Positions 18,231 through 29,385 of a stretch of 54,998 nt of DNA are shown in pieces; positions within the stretch are counted from its first letter, which is position 1, and each line of letters starts with the position of its first letter. A model generated the notes under the pieces. The model ran no database searches. It saw nothing but the letters and a program-made list of their open reading frames with translations, and had not been told where the DNA came from. The DNA is from Candidatus Eiseniibacteriota bacterium. Its GTDB lineage: Bacteria > Eisenbacteria > RBG-16-71-46 > SZUA-252. Location of the stretch: NCBI GenBank assembly GCA_038060295.1, contig JBBTHR010000007.1:10094-65091 (forward strand), given 5' to 3'. A program made the translations under genes and the position numbers.

Positions 18231-19351
18231 GCGCGGCCCTTGCCGGGCGCAACGCCGGCAGGGGTGGCGGGCGGCCACTTCAACCCCGGATCGGGCCGCG
18301 TCGCCTCCACCGCGCGCTGCCTCAGCCAGTGGTCCGCCAGCACCAGGCACGTCATCGCTTCGGCCACGGGTACGACGCGCGGGCAGAGACAGGGGTCGTG
18401 GCGTCCGGTAATCGCGAAGTCGCGCGAGGTCCCCTCGCGGTCCACGGTTTTCTGCGGGACGGCGATCGACGAGGGCGGCTTCACCGCGATCCGTGCCACG
18501 ATCGGCTGCCCGGTCGATATCCCGCCCAGGATGCCGCCCGCGTGATTCGTCTCGAACCCCTGCGGCGTCATGCGGTCGTTCATCTCCGAGCCACGGAGCC
18601 TCGCGGCACCAAACCCGTCGCCGATCTCGAAGCCCTTCACCGCGCCGATCGACATCTGGCCATGCGCCAACGTCGCGTCGAGCTTGTCGAAGACGGGATC
18701 GCCCCAGCCGGCGGGAACTCCTGTCGCGACGATCTCCACGACGCCACCCAGGGAGTCGCCCCGGTCGCGCGCGTCCGCGATCGCGCGCTCCATCTCCGCG
18801 GCCGCGGCGGCGTCAGGGCAGCGGACGGCGTTCGACTCCGCGACGTCCCAGTCGCGTGCGTTCGCGACGGTGCCGCCCACCTGCACGGTTCCCGCGCGGA
18901 CCGTGACCCCTGCCCGCGACAACAGGGCCCGCGCCACGGCGCCCGCGGCCACGCGCGCCACGGTTTCGCGTCCGGAAGAACGGCCGCTGCCGCGATAGTC
19001 GCGCACGCCGTACTTCGCGAGATACGTGTGATCGGCGTGCCCTGGGCGGAAGAGGTCCTTCACGTTCGCGTAATCGGCCGAACGCGCGTCCACGCTCCGG
19101 ACGATCATCGCGATGGAAGCGCCGGTCGTGACGCCCTCGAACAACCCGGAGACGATCTCGACCGTGTCGGGTTCGCGGCGCTGCGACGTCACCGGGCTTT
19201 GGCCCGGGCGCCGACGGTCGAGGTCGCGCTGCACCATCGCCACGTCGAGGGTGAGGCCGGGGGGACAGCCGTCCACCACGACGCCGACGGCGGGGCCGTG
19301 GCTTTCGCCGAAGGTAGTGAGCGTGAGCAGCTTGCCGAAGACGCTGCTCAC
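18227..19351 (-). CDS. aroC: Chorismate synthase
   Basis: [38 protein letters not shown] and [15 protein letters not shown]. The GTG 19351 start forms a GTGA overlap with the upstream stop. The track ORF (to 19753) is an N-terminal extension. Confidence 0.95.
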   Translation of the reverse strand: MSSVFGKLLTLTTFGESHGPAVGVVVDGCPPGLTLDVAMVQRDLDRRRPGQSPVTSQRREPDTVEIVSGLFEGVTTGASIAMIVRSVDARSADYANVKDLFRPGHADHTYLAKYGVRDYRGSGRSSGRETVARVAAGAVARALLSRAGVTVRAGTVQVGGTVANARDWDVAESNAVRCPDAAAAAEMERAIADARDRGDSLGGVVEIVATGVPAGWGDPVFDKLDATLAHGQMSIGAVKGFEIGDGFGAARLRGSEMNDRMTPQGFETNHAGGILGGISTGQPIVARIAVKPPSSIAVPQKTVDREGTSRDFAITGRHDPCLCPRVVPVAEAMTCLVLADHWLRQRAVEATRPDPGLKWPPATPAGVAPGKGRA

Positions 19352-19839
19352 CGGGCGCGCTTCTTCAGCTTCTTGACCTTCACGGCCTTCGGGGGCTTCG
19401 GCCCTTTCTTCCGCAGCTGCGACCCCGCCTCGATCACGTCGGCCGCGGTGGCATAGGTGCTCTCGCGCCACGCCAGGTGGCGCCGCACCATCTGCTCCAG
19501 ATTCCAGAGGTAGGTCGGGCGGATCTTCGCGCGCGCGCCGGGGACGATCGCCTTGATCTTGTTCCAGACGACGACGTGCTCGCCGGTCGTGTCGAAGTAG
19601 AGATCCTCGCTCAGCACGCCGCGATTCACCATGGCGGCGAGCATCTCCCAGTAGGAGGTGACCATGCGGAAGAAGCGGTCGGGCTCGCTCCCCGTCAAAT
19701 ACTGCGCCTCGACTTCCTCCCACGACGTCGCCTTGAACTCGGAGATGAGCCACTGCCGCGCCTTGCGCAGCTCGGGGTCGCGGCGGATTTCGTAGAGGCG
19801 GAGCACGAGTTCGGCGTCGGCGGCGGACGGCTTCGACAT
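19348..19839 (-). CDS. Conserved-looking hypothetical protein (163 aa) with a Lys-rich C-terminal tail
   Basis: Clean ATG start and a globular helical body ([19 protein letters not shown]...[14 protein letters not shown]). The tail is [20 protein letters not shown]. It is translationally coupled to aroC. Confidence 0.6.
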   Translation of the reverse strand: MSKPSAADAELVLRLYEIRRDPELRKARQWLISEFKATSWEEVEAQYLTGSEPDRFFRMVTSYWEMLAAMVNRGVLSEDLYFDTTGEHVVVWNKIKAIVPGARAKIRPTYLWNLEQMVRRHLAWRESTYATAADVIEAGSQLRKKGPKPPKAVKVKKLKKRAR

Positions 19840-19937
19840 GACGGGATCCTCCGTGGATGGGTGGTCGGTTCGGCGACGATTGTGGCCGGGGGATGAGGCG
19901 TTGTCAAACCACGGCGCGGCCGCGTACTCTGCCCCCC

Positions 19938-20357
19938 ATGCGCTATCGCGTTCACACCGACGGAGCCGCCCGCGGAAATCCCGGGCCCGCGGCGATTGGG
20001 ATCGTGGTCCAGGACCATGCGGGGCACACCATCTACGAGGCCAGCCGGTCGCTCGGGACGAAGACGAACAACGAAGCGGAGTACCTCGCCCTGATCGCGG
20101 CCCTGGAGTATCTGATGGAGTCGCGGATCTCGGAGGCCGATTTCTTCCTCGACAGCGAGTTGGTGGTGAAGCAGCTGAACGGCGTCTATCGCGTGAAGGA
20201 GCCGCGGATGCAGAGCCTTCACGCCCGCGTGACGATGCTCCTGAACGCCGTGCCGAAGCACTCGTTCAAGCACGTCCGACGCGCCGACAACGCCCGGGCG
20301 GACGCTCTGGCGAACGAGGCTCTCGACGCAGAGGCGGGACCCACGCCGCCCGCCTAA
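19938..20357 (+). CDS. Ribonuclease H family protein (RNase HI-like)
   Basis: DEDD-type motifs: HTDGAARGNPGPAAIG, NNEAEYLALIAALE, DSELVVKQL, RADNARADALAN. ATG 19938 is in frame within the 19857 track ORF. Confidence 0.85.
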   Translation: MRYRVHTDGAARGNPGPAAIGIVVQDHAGHTIYEASRSLGTKTNNEAEYLALIAALEYLMESRISEADFFLDSELVVKQLNGVYRVKEPRMQSLHARVTMLLNAVPKHSFKHVRRADNARADALANEALDAEAGPTPPA

Positions 20358-21007
20358 CGGAAAGGGAGCGTCTCGACCAACGCGGCCAGTTCCACCAAGT
20401 CGCCCACATGCACGTCCGTGGGTCCCGGCCGCGCATGGGTTCTTTCGACGTAGACGCAGGTGAGCCCGAGCGATCGCGCCGTCTCCAGATCGTAGTCGGC
20501 GTAGGCCGCGACGTGCCACCAGTGCGGACCGAACGAAACACCGAGCTTCTCGCTCACGTATCGCCACACCTCCGGTGCCGGTTTGTAGCCGCGCGATTCT
20601 TCCGCGCAGATCCAGTGCGAGAGTCTGAGGCCAAGCCCCGCCTGCGCCTGCTCCCCATGCACGCGGTCGCTGTTGGTCATCGCGACGCAAGGCGTCACGC
20701 GCATCAACCGCCGCAGCCCCTCCGCGGAGTCGGGGAAGGGAGGCCACGTGCCGACCGAGGCGCCGATCGTGTCCGCGTCGGCACGCGGAAGTCCCACGAC
20801 CTCGACCAGGCTCTCCGCCGTGATCTCGGCGTAGCGGCGAAAGGGGCCGCCTTCCGCCCGGCCCTGGGCGTCGATGACGCGGTCGAAGGTCCCTTCGGCC
20901 CACGCTCCGCCCCCGCGCGTCACGGCCTCCCGCATGCCGCGCCGCCAGTCGAGGACGGTCCCGAAGATGTCGAACGTCAGAAGAGTAGGCCGCGCAACAG
21001 GCTGCAT
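20354..21007 (-). CDS. HAD-superfamily hydrolase (haloacid dehalogenase type II-like)
   Basis: Motif I FDIFGTVLDW, then ...AMTNSD..., KPAPEVW..., and a C-terminal AYADYD. ATG at 21007. The 625-aa track ORF upstream of it runs antisense through rnpB and was rejected. Confidence 0.8.
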   Translation of the reverse strand: MQPVARPTLLTFDIFGTVLDWRRGMREAVTRGGGAWAEGTFDRVIDAQGRAEGGPFRRYAEITAESLVEVVGLPRADADTIGASVGTWPPFPDSAEGLRRLMRVTPCVAMTNSDRVHGEQAQAGLGLRLSHWICAEESRGYKPAPEVWRYVSEKLGVSFGPHWWHVAAYADYDLETARSLGLTCVYVERTHARPGPTDVHVGDLVELAALVETLPFR

Positions 21008-21056
21008 GCCTTGATTCTTGGGGGTCTGGACCCTAGAATCAACAGTAGCGTAACAG

Positions 21057-21452
<396 letters not shown>

Positions 21453-21484
21453 CACCCATTCCCGCGCGAGGAACCGCCAGAAAC

Positions 21485-22414
21485 ATGAACGCCCCCGATC
21501 CGGCGCCGGCGTCGGCGTCGGCGCCAGCCGCGTCGGCGACGGGCGATGCCGCCACGGCGCGCCCCGCCATTCCCTCGATCACGCTCGGACCCTACACGGT
21601 GCGCTTCGTCTCCGGCGGCCGCTTCCGGCTCGACGGCGGCGCCATGTTCGGAGTGGTTCCGAAGACGCTTTGGAGCCGCGTGGCGCCGGCGGACGAGAAG
21701 AACCGGATCCGGATGGGAATGAACTGCCTCCTCATCGAGGGAAACGGAAAGCGGGTGCTGGTGGACGCGGGATCGGGGAGCAAGAACGACCCCAAGTTCC
21801 ACGAGATCTACGCCATCGAGCGCCCCGAGGGACTCCTGGAGGAACTCGCGTCGCTCGGCGTCTCCCCGGAGGGGATCGACACCGTCGCCCTCACGCATCT
21901 CCATTTCGACCACTGCGGCGGCGGCACCGCACGCGACGCCGACGGCTCCGTCCACCCGACGTTTCCGCGGGCGCGCTACCTTGCCCGGCGCCAGGAGTGG
22001 AACGACGCGCACCACGCCAACGAGCGAAACCGGGCCTCCTACTTCCCGGACAACTACGACCCGCTGGAGGCCTCGGGGCAGCTCACCATCCACGAGGACG
22101 ACGTCGAGATTCTTCCCGGCGTCTCGATGCGGCTCCTGCCGGGGCACACCCTCGGCCATCAGGGGGTCTTCTTCGACCTCCCCGGCCAGCGGGCGCTCTA
22201 CACCGTCGATCTCATCCCGACCGTGGCGCACCTACCTCTTGCGTACATCATGGGCTACGACCTCTATCCCATGATGACGCTGGAGACAAAGCGTGCGATT
22301 CTGGCCGACGCCACCCGGGAGAACTGGCTCTTTCTCTTCGAGCACGATCCCGACATCATGGCGGTCCGGGTGGCGGGGAGCGTCGACAAGGTCCTCTCGG
22401 AGAAAGTGGCTTGA
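21485..22414 (+). CDS. MBL-fold metallo-hydrolase
   Basis: HLHFDHCGG (HxHxDH), a downstream GHTLGH, and an overall beta-lactamase-fold pattern. The N-terminus is Ala/Pro-rich. Confidence 0.85.
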   Translation: MNAPDPAPASASAPAASATGDAATARPAIPSITLGPYTVRFVSGGRFRLDGGAMFGVVPKTLWSRVAPADEKNRIRMGMNCLLIEGNGKRVLVDAGSGSKNDPKFHEIYAIERPEGLLEELASLGVSPEGIDTVALTHLHFDHCGGGTARDADGSVHPTFPRARYLARRQEWNDAHHANERNRASYFPDNYDPLEASGQLTIHEDDVEILPGVSMRLLPGHTLGHQGVFFDLPGQRALYTVDLIPTVAHLPLAYIMGYDLYPMMTLETKRAILADATRENWLFLFEHDPDIMAVRVAGSVDKVLSEKVA

Positions 22415-22440
22415 CAAGGACTTAGGCAAGTTCCTATCCT
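22411..22440 (+). promoter_or_regulatory. Sigma-70-like promoter candidate for the nuo operon (TTGACA-N18-TATCCT)
   Basis: TTGACA at 22411-22416 (overlapping the MBL stop) and TATCCT at 22435-22440, about 80 nt upstream of nuoA. Confidence 0.45.
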
Positions 22441-22520
22441 GCCGCGATTAGCACCTTTTTTCACGAAGTTGCGGCGGACGTTCTTGAGGGCGGTACGACC
22501 CCGGGGAGGGAAGGGATACG

Positions 22521-22898
22521 GTGAGCCCGGTAGATCCCAATAGCGTCGCCGCATTCATCCCCATCCTGATCATGCTGGTGGTGGCGACCGGCTTCGCCGC
22601 CTTCACGCTCACCGCGTCCCATTTTCTCGGAACTCGGATCGACAGCGAAGCGAAACTTCTCCCCTACGAGTGCGGCGTCACGCCGGTCGGAAACGCCCGG
22701 GAGCGCTTCAACACGCGCTTCTACCTCGTGGCCATGCTCTTCATCGTCTTCGACATCGAGACGGTCTTCCTCTACCCCTGGGCCGTCGTCTCCAAGGAGC
22801 TGCACGTCTTCGGCCTGATCGAGATGGGGATATTCCTCCTGATCCTCCTCGTCGGCTATTTCTGGGCCTGGGGCAAGGGAGCGCTCGAATGGGATTGA
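22521..22898 (+). CDS. nuoA: NADH-quinone oxidoreductase subunit A
   Basis: 125 aa, three TM segments, with YECG and FDIETVFLYPWA motifs. GTG start after a GGGAGGGAAGG RBS. Confidence 0.93.
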   Translation: MSPVDPNSVAAFIPILIMLVVATGFAAFTLTASHFLGTRIDSEAKLLPYECGVTPVGNARERFNTRFYLVAMLFIVFDIETVFLYPWAVVSKELHVFGLIEMGIFLLILLVGYFWAWGKGALEWD

Positions 22899-23419
22899 GG
22901 CCCGAACCCGACCAGCTGGACGCGCTGACCGACGATCAGAAGATGGTCGTGGAGCGGCTCCGCGCCAAGTTCGGCGACGCCGTGCTCGAGTCTCAGTCGT
23001 TCCGGAAGGAACTCTCGATCTGGGTCCGAAAGGACGCGCTTCTCGATATCCTCCGCTTCGCCAAGGACGATCCCGAACTCCTCTGTGAGATGCTGACCGA
23101 CGTGACGTCGGTCGACTACCTTCAGGAGCGCGGGCCCGACGAGCCGCGATTCGAGCTGCTGCACAATCTCTACTCGCTCACCTTCAACCGCCGCATCCTG
23201 CTCAAGACGCCCGTTCGCGAGAACGAGACGGCGCCGTCGGCCGTGTCTGTCTGGAAGAGCGCCGACTACATGGAACGGGAGGTCTACGACCTCATGGGGC
23301 TGGTGTTCGACGGACATCCGAATCTGCAGCGCATCCTGACGCCGGACGGCTGGCTGGGGCATCCGCTTCGCAAGGATCACCCGACCCGTACGGATCAATT
23401 CCCGAACGTCGAGAACTAG
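22889..23419 (+). CDS. nuoC: NADH-quinone oxidoreductase subunit C (30-kDa subunit)
   Basis: DVTSVDY..., FELLHNLYS, WKSADYMEREVYDLMGLVFDGHPNLQRILTPDGWLGHPLRKD. ATG 22889 overlaps the nuoA end by 10 nt, so there is no room for nuoB. Confidence 0.92.
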   Translation: MGLRPEPDQLDALTDDQKMVVERLRAKFGDAVLESQSFRKELSIWVRKDALLDILRFAKDDPELLCEMLTDVTSVDYLQERGPDEPRFELLHNLYSLTFNRRILLKTPVRENETAPSAVSVWKSADYMEREVYDLMGLVFDGHPNLQRILTPDGWLGHPLRKDHPTRTDQFPNVEN

Positions 23420-23424
23420 ACGCC

Positions 23425-23889
23425 GTGCTCTCCGCCCAAGCCCGCCAAGCGATCGAAGCCCTGAAGTCTACGTACGAGACGAGCCAGTCCGCGGTCATTC
23501 CGGCGCTCCACGCCGCCCAGGCCGACCAGGGGTGGCTGAGCGTGGCGACGCAGCGCGAGGTGGCCGAGATTCTGGGTCTCACCGAGCAGACGGTGCGCGG
23601 AGTCGTTACCTTCTACACGATGTTCTATCAGCGGCCGGTCGGCAGGCACGTGTTACAGGTATGCCGCAACCTTTCTTGTTGTGTGAAGGGGGGGCACCGC
23701 CTTCAGAAGCAGATCGAGGAGAAACTCGGCATCCAGGAGGGGGAGACGACCACGGACGGCCGCTTCACGCTCTTCTCGGTGGAATGCCTCGGTTCGTGCG
23801 GCACCGCTCCCGTCCTGATGGTCAACGACGCGTACCACGAAAATCTGACGTCCCACGATGTGGATCGTCTCCTGACGGAGCTCAAGTAG
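23425..23889 (+). CDS. nuoE: NADH-quinone oxidoreductase subunit E (24-kDa, 2Fe-2S thioredoxin-like)
   Basis: SAVIPALHAAQ..GWL, Cys pairs CRNLSC and CLGSCGTAP, and VNDAYHENLT. GTG start 6 nt after the nuoC stop, so there is no room for nuoD. Confidence 0.9.
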   Translation: MLSAQARQAIEALKSTYETSQSAVIPALHAAQADQGWLSVATQREVAEILGLTEQTVRGVVTFYTMFYQRPVGRHVLQVCRNLSCCVKGGHRLQKQIEEKLGIQEGETTTDGRFTLFSVECLGSCGTAPVLMVNDAYHENLTSHDVDRLLTELK

Positions 23890-23895
23890 CGGCCC

Positions 23896-24882
23896 GTGGA
23901 TCTCGCCCTCATCATCGAAGCGGTCATCAAGGTCCTCATCGTTCTCGGATTCACGCTCATGGGCGTCCCGCTCATCGTCTGGATGGAGCGGAAGGTACTG
24001 GGGCACATGCAGGACCGCATCGGACCGGAGCGCGTCGGCCCGTTCGGCCTGCTCCAGACGATCGCGGACGGCATCAAGCTCTTCATGAAGGAAGACATCG
24101 TCCCGTCGCAGGTGGACAAGCCCGTCTACTTCCTGGCCCCCGCCATCTCGGTCATCACGGCGCTGGTCGCCATGACGGTCATTCCGTGGGGCGATACCCT
24201 CACCCTCTTCGGCCGGACGATCGCGCTCCGGATCACCGACGTGAACGTCGCCGTCCTCTTCCTCCTCGGCACGACGTCGATGGGGGTCTACGGCATCGTC
24301 CTCGGCGGCTGGGCCGCGAATTCCAAGTATCCGCTCCTCGGCGGGCTCCGCTCCTCGGCCCAGATGATCTCCTACGAGCTGGCGCAGGGAATCTCCATCG
24401 TGCCGATCATCATGATGACCGGGAGCCTCTCGCTCGCGGAGATCGGCCGCGCGCAGGAGAAGATGTGGTTCATTATCCCGCAGTTCTTCGGGTTCTTGAT
24501 CTACCTCATCTGCGCCGTCGCCGAGACGAACCGCGCCCCGTTCGACCTGGCCGAGGCCGAGTCGGAGCTGGTGGCCGGGTTTCACACCGAGTACTCCAGC
24601 ATGAAGTTCGCGCTCTACTTCGTCTCCGAGTACGCGAACATGATGGTCGTCTCCGGGGTGGCCATCACCTGCTTCCTGGGCGCGTGGCACGGACCCATTC
24701 TCCCCGGACCGGTCTGGTTCCTGATCAAGCTGGCGTTCTTCCTCTTCTTTTACATCTGGCTGCGGGGCACATTCCCGCGGCTTCGCTACGACCAGCTGAT
24801 GAGCTTCGGATGGAAGGTCCTGCTTCCGGCGTCGCTCCTGAACATGGCGGTGACGGCGGTCGTCCTGGTGCTGAGGGGATAG
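23896..24882 (+). CDS. nuoH: NADH-quinone oxidoreductase subunit H
   Basis: WMERKVLGHMQDRIGPERVGPFGLLQTIADGIKLFMKEDI and ETNRAPFDLAEAESELVAGFHTEYS. It starts 7 nt after the nuoE stop, so there is no room for nuoF or nuoG. Confidence 0.95.
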   Translation: MDLALIIEAVIKVLIVLGFTLMGVPLIVWMERKVLGHMQDRIGPERVGPFGLLQTIADGIKLFMKEDIVPSQVDKPVYFLAPAISVITALVAMTVIPWGDTLTLFGRTIALRITDVNVAVLFLLGTTSMGVYGIVLGGWAANSKYPLLGGLRSSAQMISYELAQGISIVPIIMMTGSLSLAEIGRAQEKMWFIIPQFFGFLIYLICAVAETNRAPFDLAEAESELVAGFHTEYSSMKFALYFVSEYANMMVVSGVAITCFLGAWHGPILPGPVWFLIKLAFFLFFYIWLRGTFPRLRYDQLMSFGWKVLLPASLLNMAVTAVVLVLRG

Positions 24883-24886
24883 GCGA

Positions 24887-25405
24887 ATGGCCCTCGAACT
24901 GATCCTCTTCGCCTTCTTCGCCCTGGTCGCGATCCTCTGCGCCCTGGGGGTGGTCTTCCACCGGAATCCGGTTCACTGCGCGCTGCTTCTGGTCGGAGTC
25001 CTCCTCTCGCTCTCCGGGCTCTTCATCCTCCTGAACGCGCAGTTCATCGCCGCGCTCCAGGTGATCGTCTACGCCGGCGCCATCATGGTGCTCTTCCTCT
25101 TCGTGCTCATGCTCCTGAACTTCCGCGGCGAATCGAGCGTGCTGTCGCCGGGCGCCGCCAAGGGATTCGGGTTCCTGTTCGCGCTCCTCGTGCTGGTGGA
25201 ACTCCTCTGGACCGCGCTCTCGCCGAACGGCGGGGAAGGGGGCGGCATGCCGCCCGCGGCGGCGCTTCCGGCCGACTTCGGGTCGCCCGCGGCCATCGGG
25301 AGGATCCTCTACACGACCTGGCTCTATCCGTTCGAGATCACCTCGATCCTGCTCCTCGTGGCGGTGATCGGCGCGGTGGTCCTCGCGAAGAGGAAATTCG
25401 CCTGA
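24887..25405 (+). CDS. nuoJ: NADH-quinone oxidoreductase subunit J
   Basis: A 172-aa polytopic membrane protein with VHCALLLV...[27 protein letters not shown] and [15 protein letters not shown]. It starts 5 nt after the nuoH stop, so there is no room for nuoI. Confidence 0.9.
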   Translation: MALELILFAFFALVAILCALGVVFHRNPVHCALLLVGVLLSLSGLFILLNAQFIAALQVIVYAGAIMVLFLFVLMLLNFRGESSVLSPGAAKGFGFLFALLVLVELLWTALSPNGGEGGGMPPAAALPADFGSPAAIGRILYTTWLYPFEITSILLLVAVIGAVVLAKRKFA

Positions 25406-25719
25406 TGCATCCGCTCGCCGTTCCACTCGTCGCCTATCAGATCCTGGCCGCGATCCTCTTCACGATCGGGGTCGTCGGAGTCCTGGTGCGCCGCAGCGCG
25501 CTGATCATCTTCATGTCGATCGAATTGATGCTGAACGCGGTGAACCTTTCGTTCGTGGCGTTCTCGCGGCAGCACGGCTCCATGGACGGCCACATCTTCG
25601 TCTTCTTCGTCATGGCGGTCGCCGCGGCGGAGGTGGCGATCGGGCTTGCCATCCTGGTCGCGATCTTCCGCAAGAAGGAAACCGCCAACGTGGACGAAGT
25701 CCACCTCTTGAAGGGTTGA
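25405..25719 (+). CDS. nuoK: NADH-quinone oxidoreductase subunit K
   Basis: 104 aa, three TM segments, with [10 protein letters not shown] and [13 protein letters not shown]. Confidence 0.93.
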   Translation: MHPLAVPLVAYQILAAILFTIGVVGVLVRRSALIIFMSIELMLNAVNLSFVAFSRQHGSMDGHIFVFFVMAVAAAEVAIGLAILVAIFRKKETANVDEVHLLKG

Positions 25720-25726
25720 GCCGACG

Positions 25727-27690
<1,964 letters not shown>

Positions 27691-27694
<4 letters not shown>

Positions 27695-29385
27695 CCCCGA
27701 CGATCGCGATCATGGGAATTCCGATTCTGACGCTGGTCACCTTCCTCCCGGCCGTGGGGGCGCTCCTTCTCCTCCTCGTGCCGTCGGCGAAGGTCGGGAT
27801 GGTGCGCGGCTTCACGTTCGTGGTGACCATTCTGACCTTCCTCGCCTCGCTGCCGCTCTTCACGGCGTTCCAGATGGGACAGCGCGGCATGCAGTTCGTG
27901 GAGAGGGCGCCGTGGGTGCCGAATCTCGGAATCCAGTACTACCTCGGCGTGGACGGCGTGAGCGTGCTGCTCATCCTCCTGACGACGCTCCTCTCGGCCG
28001 TCGCGGCCGTCTCCTCCTTCTCGGCGATCACGGAGAAGGTGAAGACCTACATGGCGCTACTCCTCGTCCTCGAGACGGGGATGATCGGCGTCTTCGCCGC
28101 GCTCGACCTGGTCCTCTTCTACATGTTCTGGGAAGTGGTCCTGATTCCGATGTACCTCCTGATCGGCGTCTGGGGCGGCCCGCGGCGCGTCTACGCCGCC
28201 GTGAAGTTCATCCTCTACACGGTGGTCGGAAGCCTTCTGATGCTGGTCGGCATCCTCTACCTCTACTTCGCGTACCACGCCGCGTTCGGCGAGTACACCT
28301 TCGACCTGATCCGCCTCTACGACACGCCGCTCGCGCACTCGGCGCAGCTCTGGCTCTTCGGTGCCTTCGCCCTGGCATTCGCCATCAAGGTTCCCATGTT
28401 CCCGTTCCACACCTGGCTCCCCGACGCGCACGTGGAAGCTCCGACGGCAGGGTCGGTGATCCTGGCGGGCGTTTTGCTGAAAATGGGGACCTACGGATTC
28501 TTCCGCTTCGCCATGCCGCTCTTCCCGGAGGGCGCGCTGGCGTTCGCGCCGTGGTTGATCGCCCTCTCGGTGATCGGGATCATCTACGGCGCGCTGGTCG
28601 CCATGGTGCAGACCGACGTGAAGAAGCTGGTCGCCTATTCCTCCGTGAGCCACCTCGGATTCGTCATGCTGGGCCTCTTCGCCCTCAACATGCAGGGGAT
28701 CCAGGGAAGCGTGCTCCAGATGATCAACCACGGCCTTTCGACCGGCGCGCTCTTCCTCGCGGTTGGCATCCTCTACGAGCGCCGCCACACGCGCGAGATC
28801 TCGGAGTTCGGCGGAATCTCGGAGGTGATGCCGTGGTTCGCGGCCATGTTCCTGATCGTGTCGCTCTCGAGCCTGGGGCTCCCGGGGCTGAACGGCTTTG
28901 TCGGTGAGTTCCTGATCCTCCTCGGGGCGTTCAAGATGAACCCCTGGGTGGCGGGTATCTCGGCGACCGGCGTCATCCTGGGCGCCGTCTACCTCCTCTG
29001 GATGTTCCAGCGCGTCATGTTCGGTCCAATCACGAACGAGAAGAACCGAGGGCTTCCGGACCTAACCCGCCGCGAGTTCTGGGTCCTGGCGCCGGTCATC
29101 GTCTTCATCGTCTGGATCGGCGTCTACCCGAACACCTTCCTCCGGTTCCTCGACATGCCGTCGGCCGAACTGATCGAGCGGATGTCGTCGCGGACGATCG
29201 CCGAGCGGGTCGTCGAACCGGAGTTCTACGGCGGCGACGAGCCGTCGGGGACCGACATGGAGGCGACGCTTCCGGGGGATGAGGCGGTGGTGGATGGCGA
29301 AGCGGGCATGCCGGCGGATTCGGCCAGCGTGGAAATCGATGCGCCTCCGCCGCCCGTCGGATCGCCGGGGAGTGTGACGCGATGA
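27691..29385 (+). CDS. nuoM: NADH-quinone oxidoreductase subunit M, with an ~70-aa acidic C-terminal extension
   Basis: ATG 27691 forms an ATGA overlap with the nuoL stop. Contains FYMFWEVVLIPMYLLIG and KVPMFPFHTWLPDAHVEAPTAGSVILAGVLLKMG. The tail is PEFYGGDEPSGTDMEATLPGDEAVVDGEAGMPADSASVEIDAPPPP. Confidence 0.93.

Noticed and set aside
22448-22470. TTAGCAC half-site resembling the CIRCE operator upstream of nuoA
   Set aside because: The required inverted partner GAGTGCTAA is absent 9 nt downstream (the sequence is ttagcacc-ttttttcac-gaagttgcg), so this is a chance half-match.
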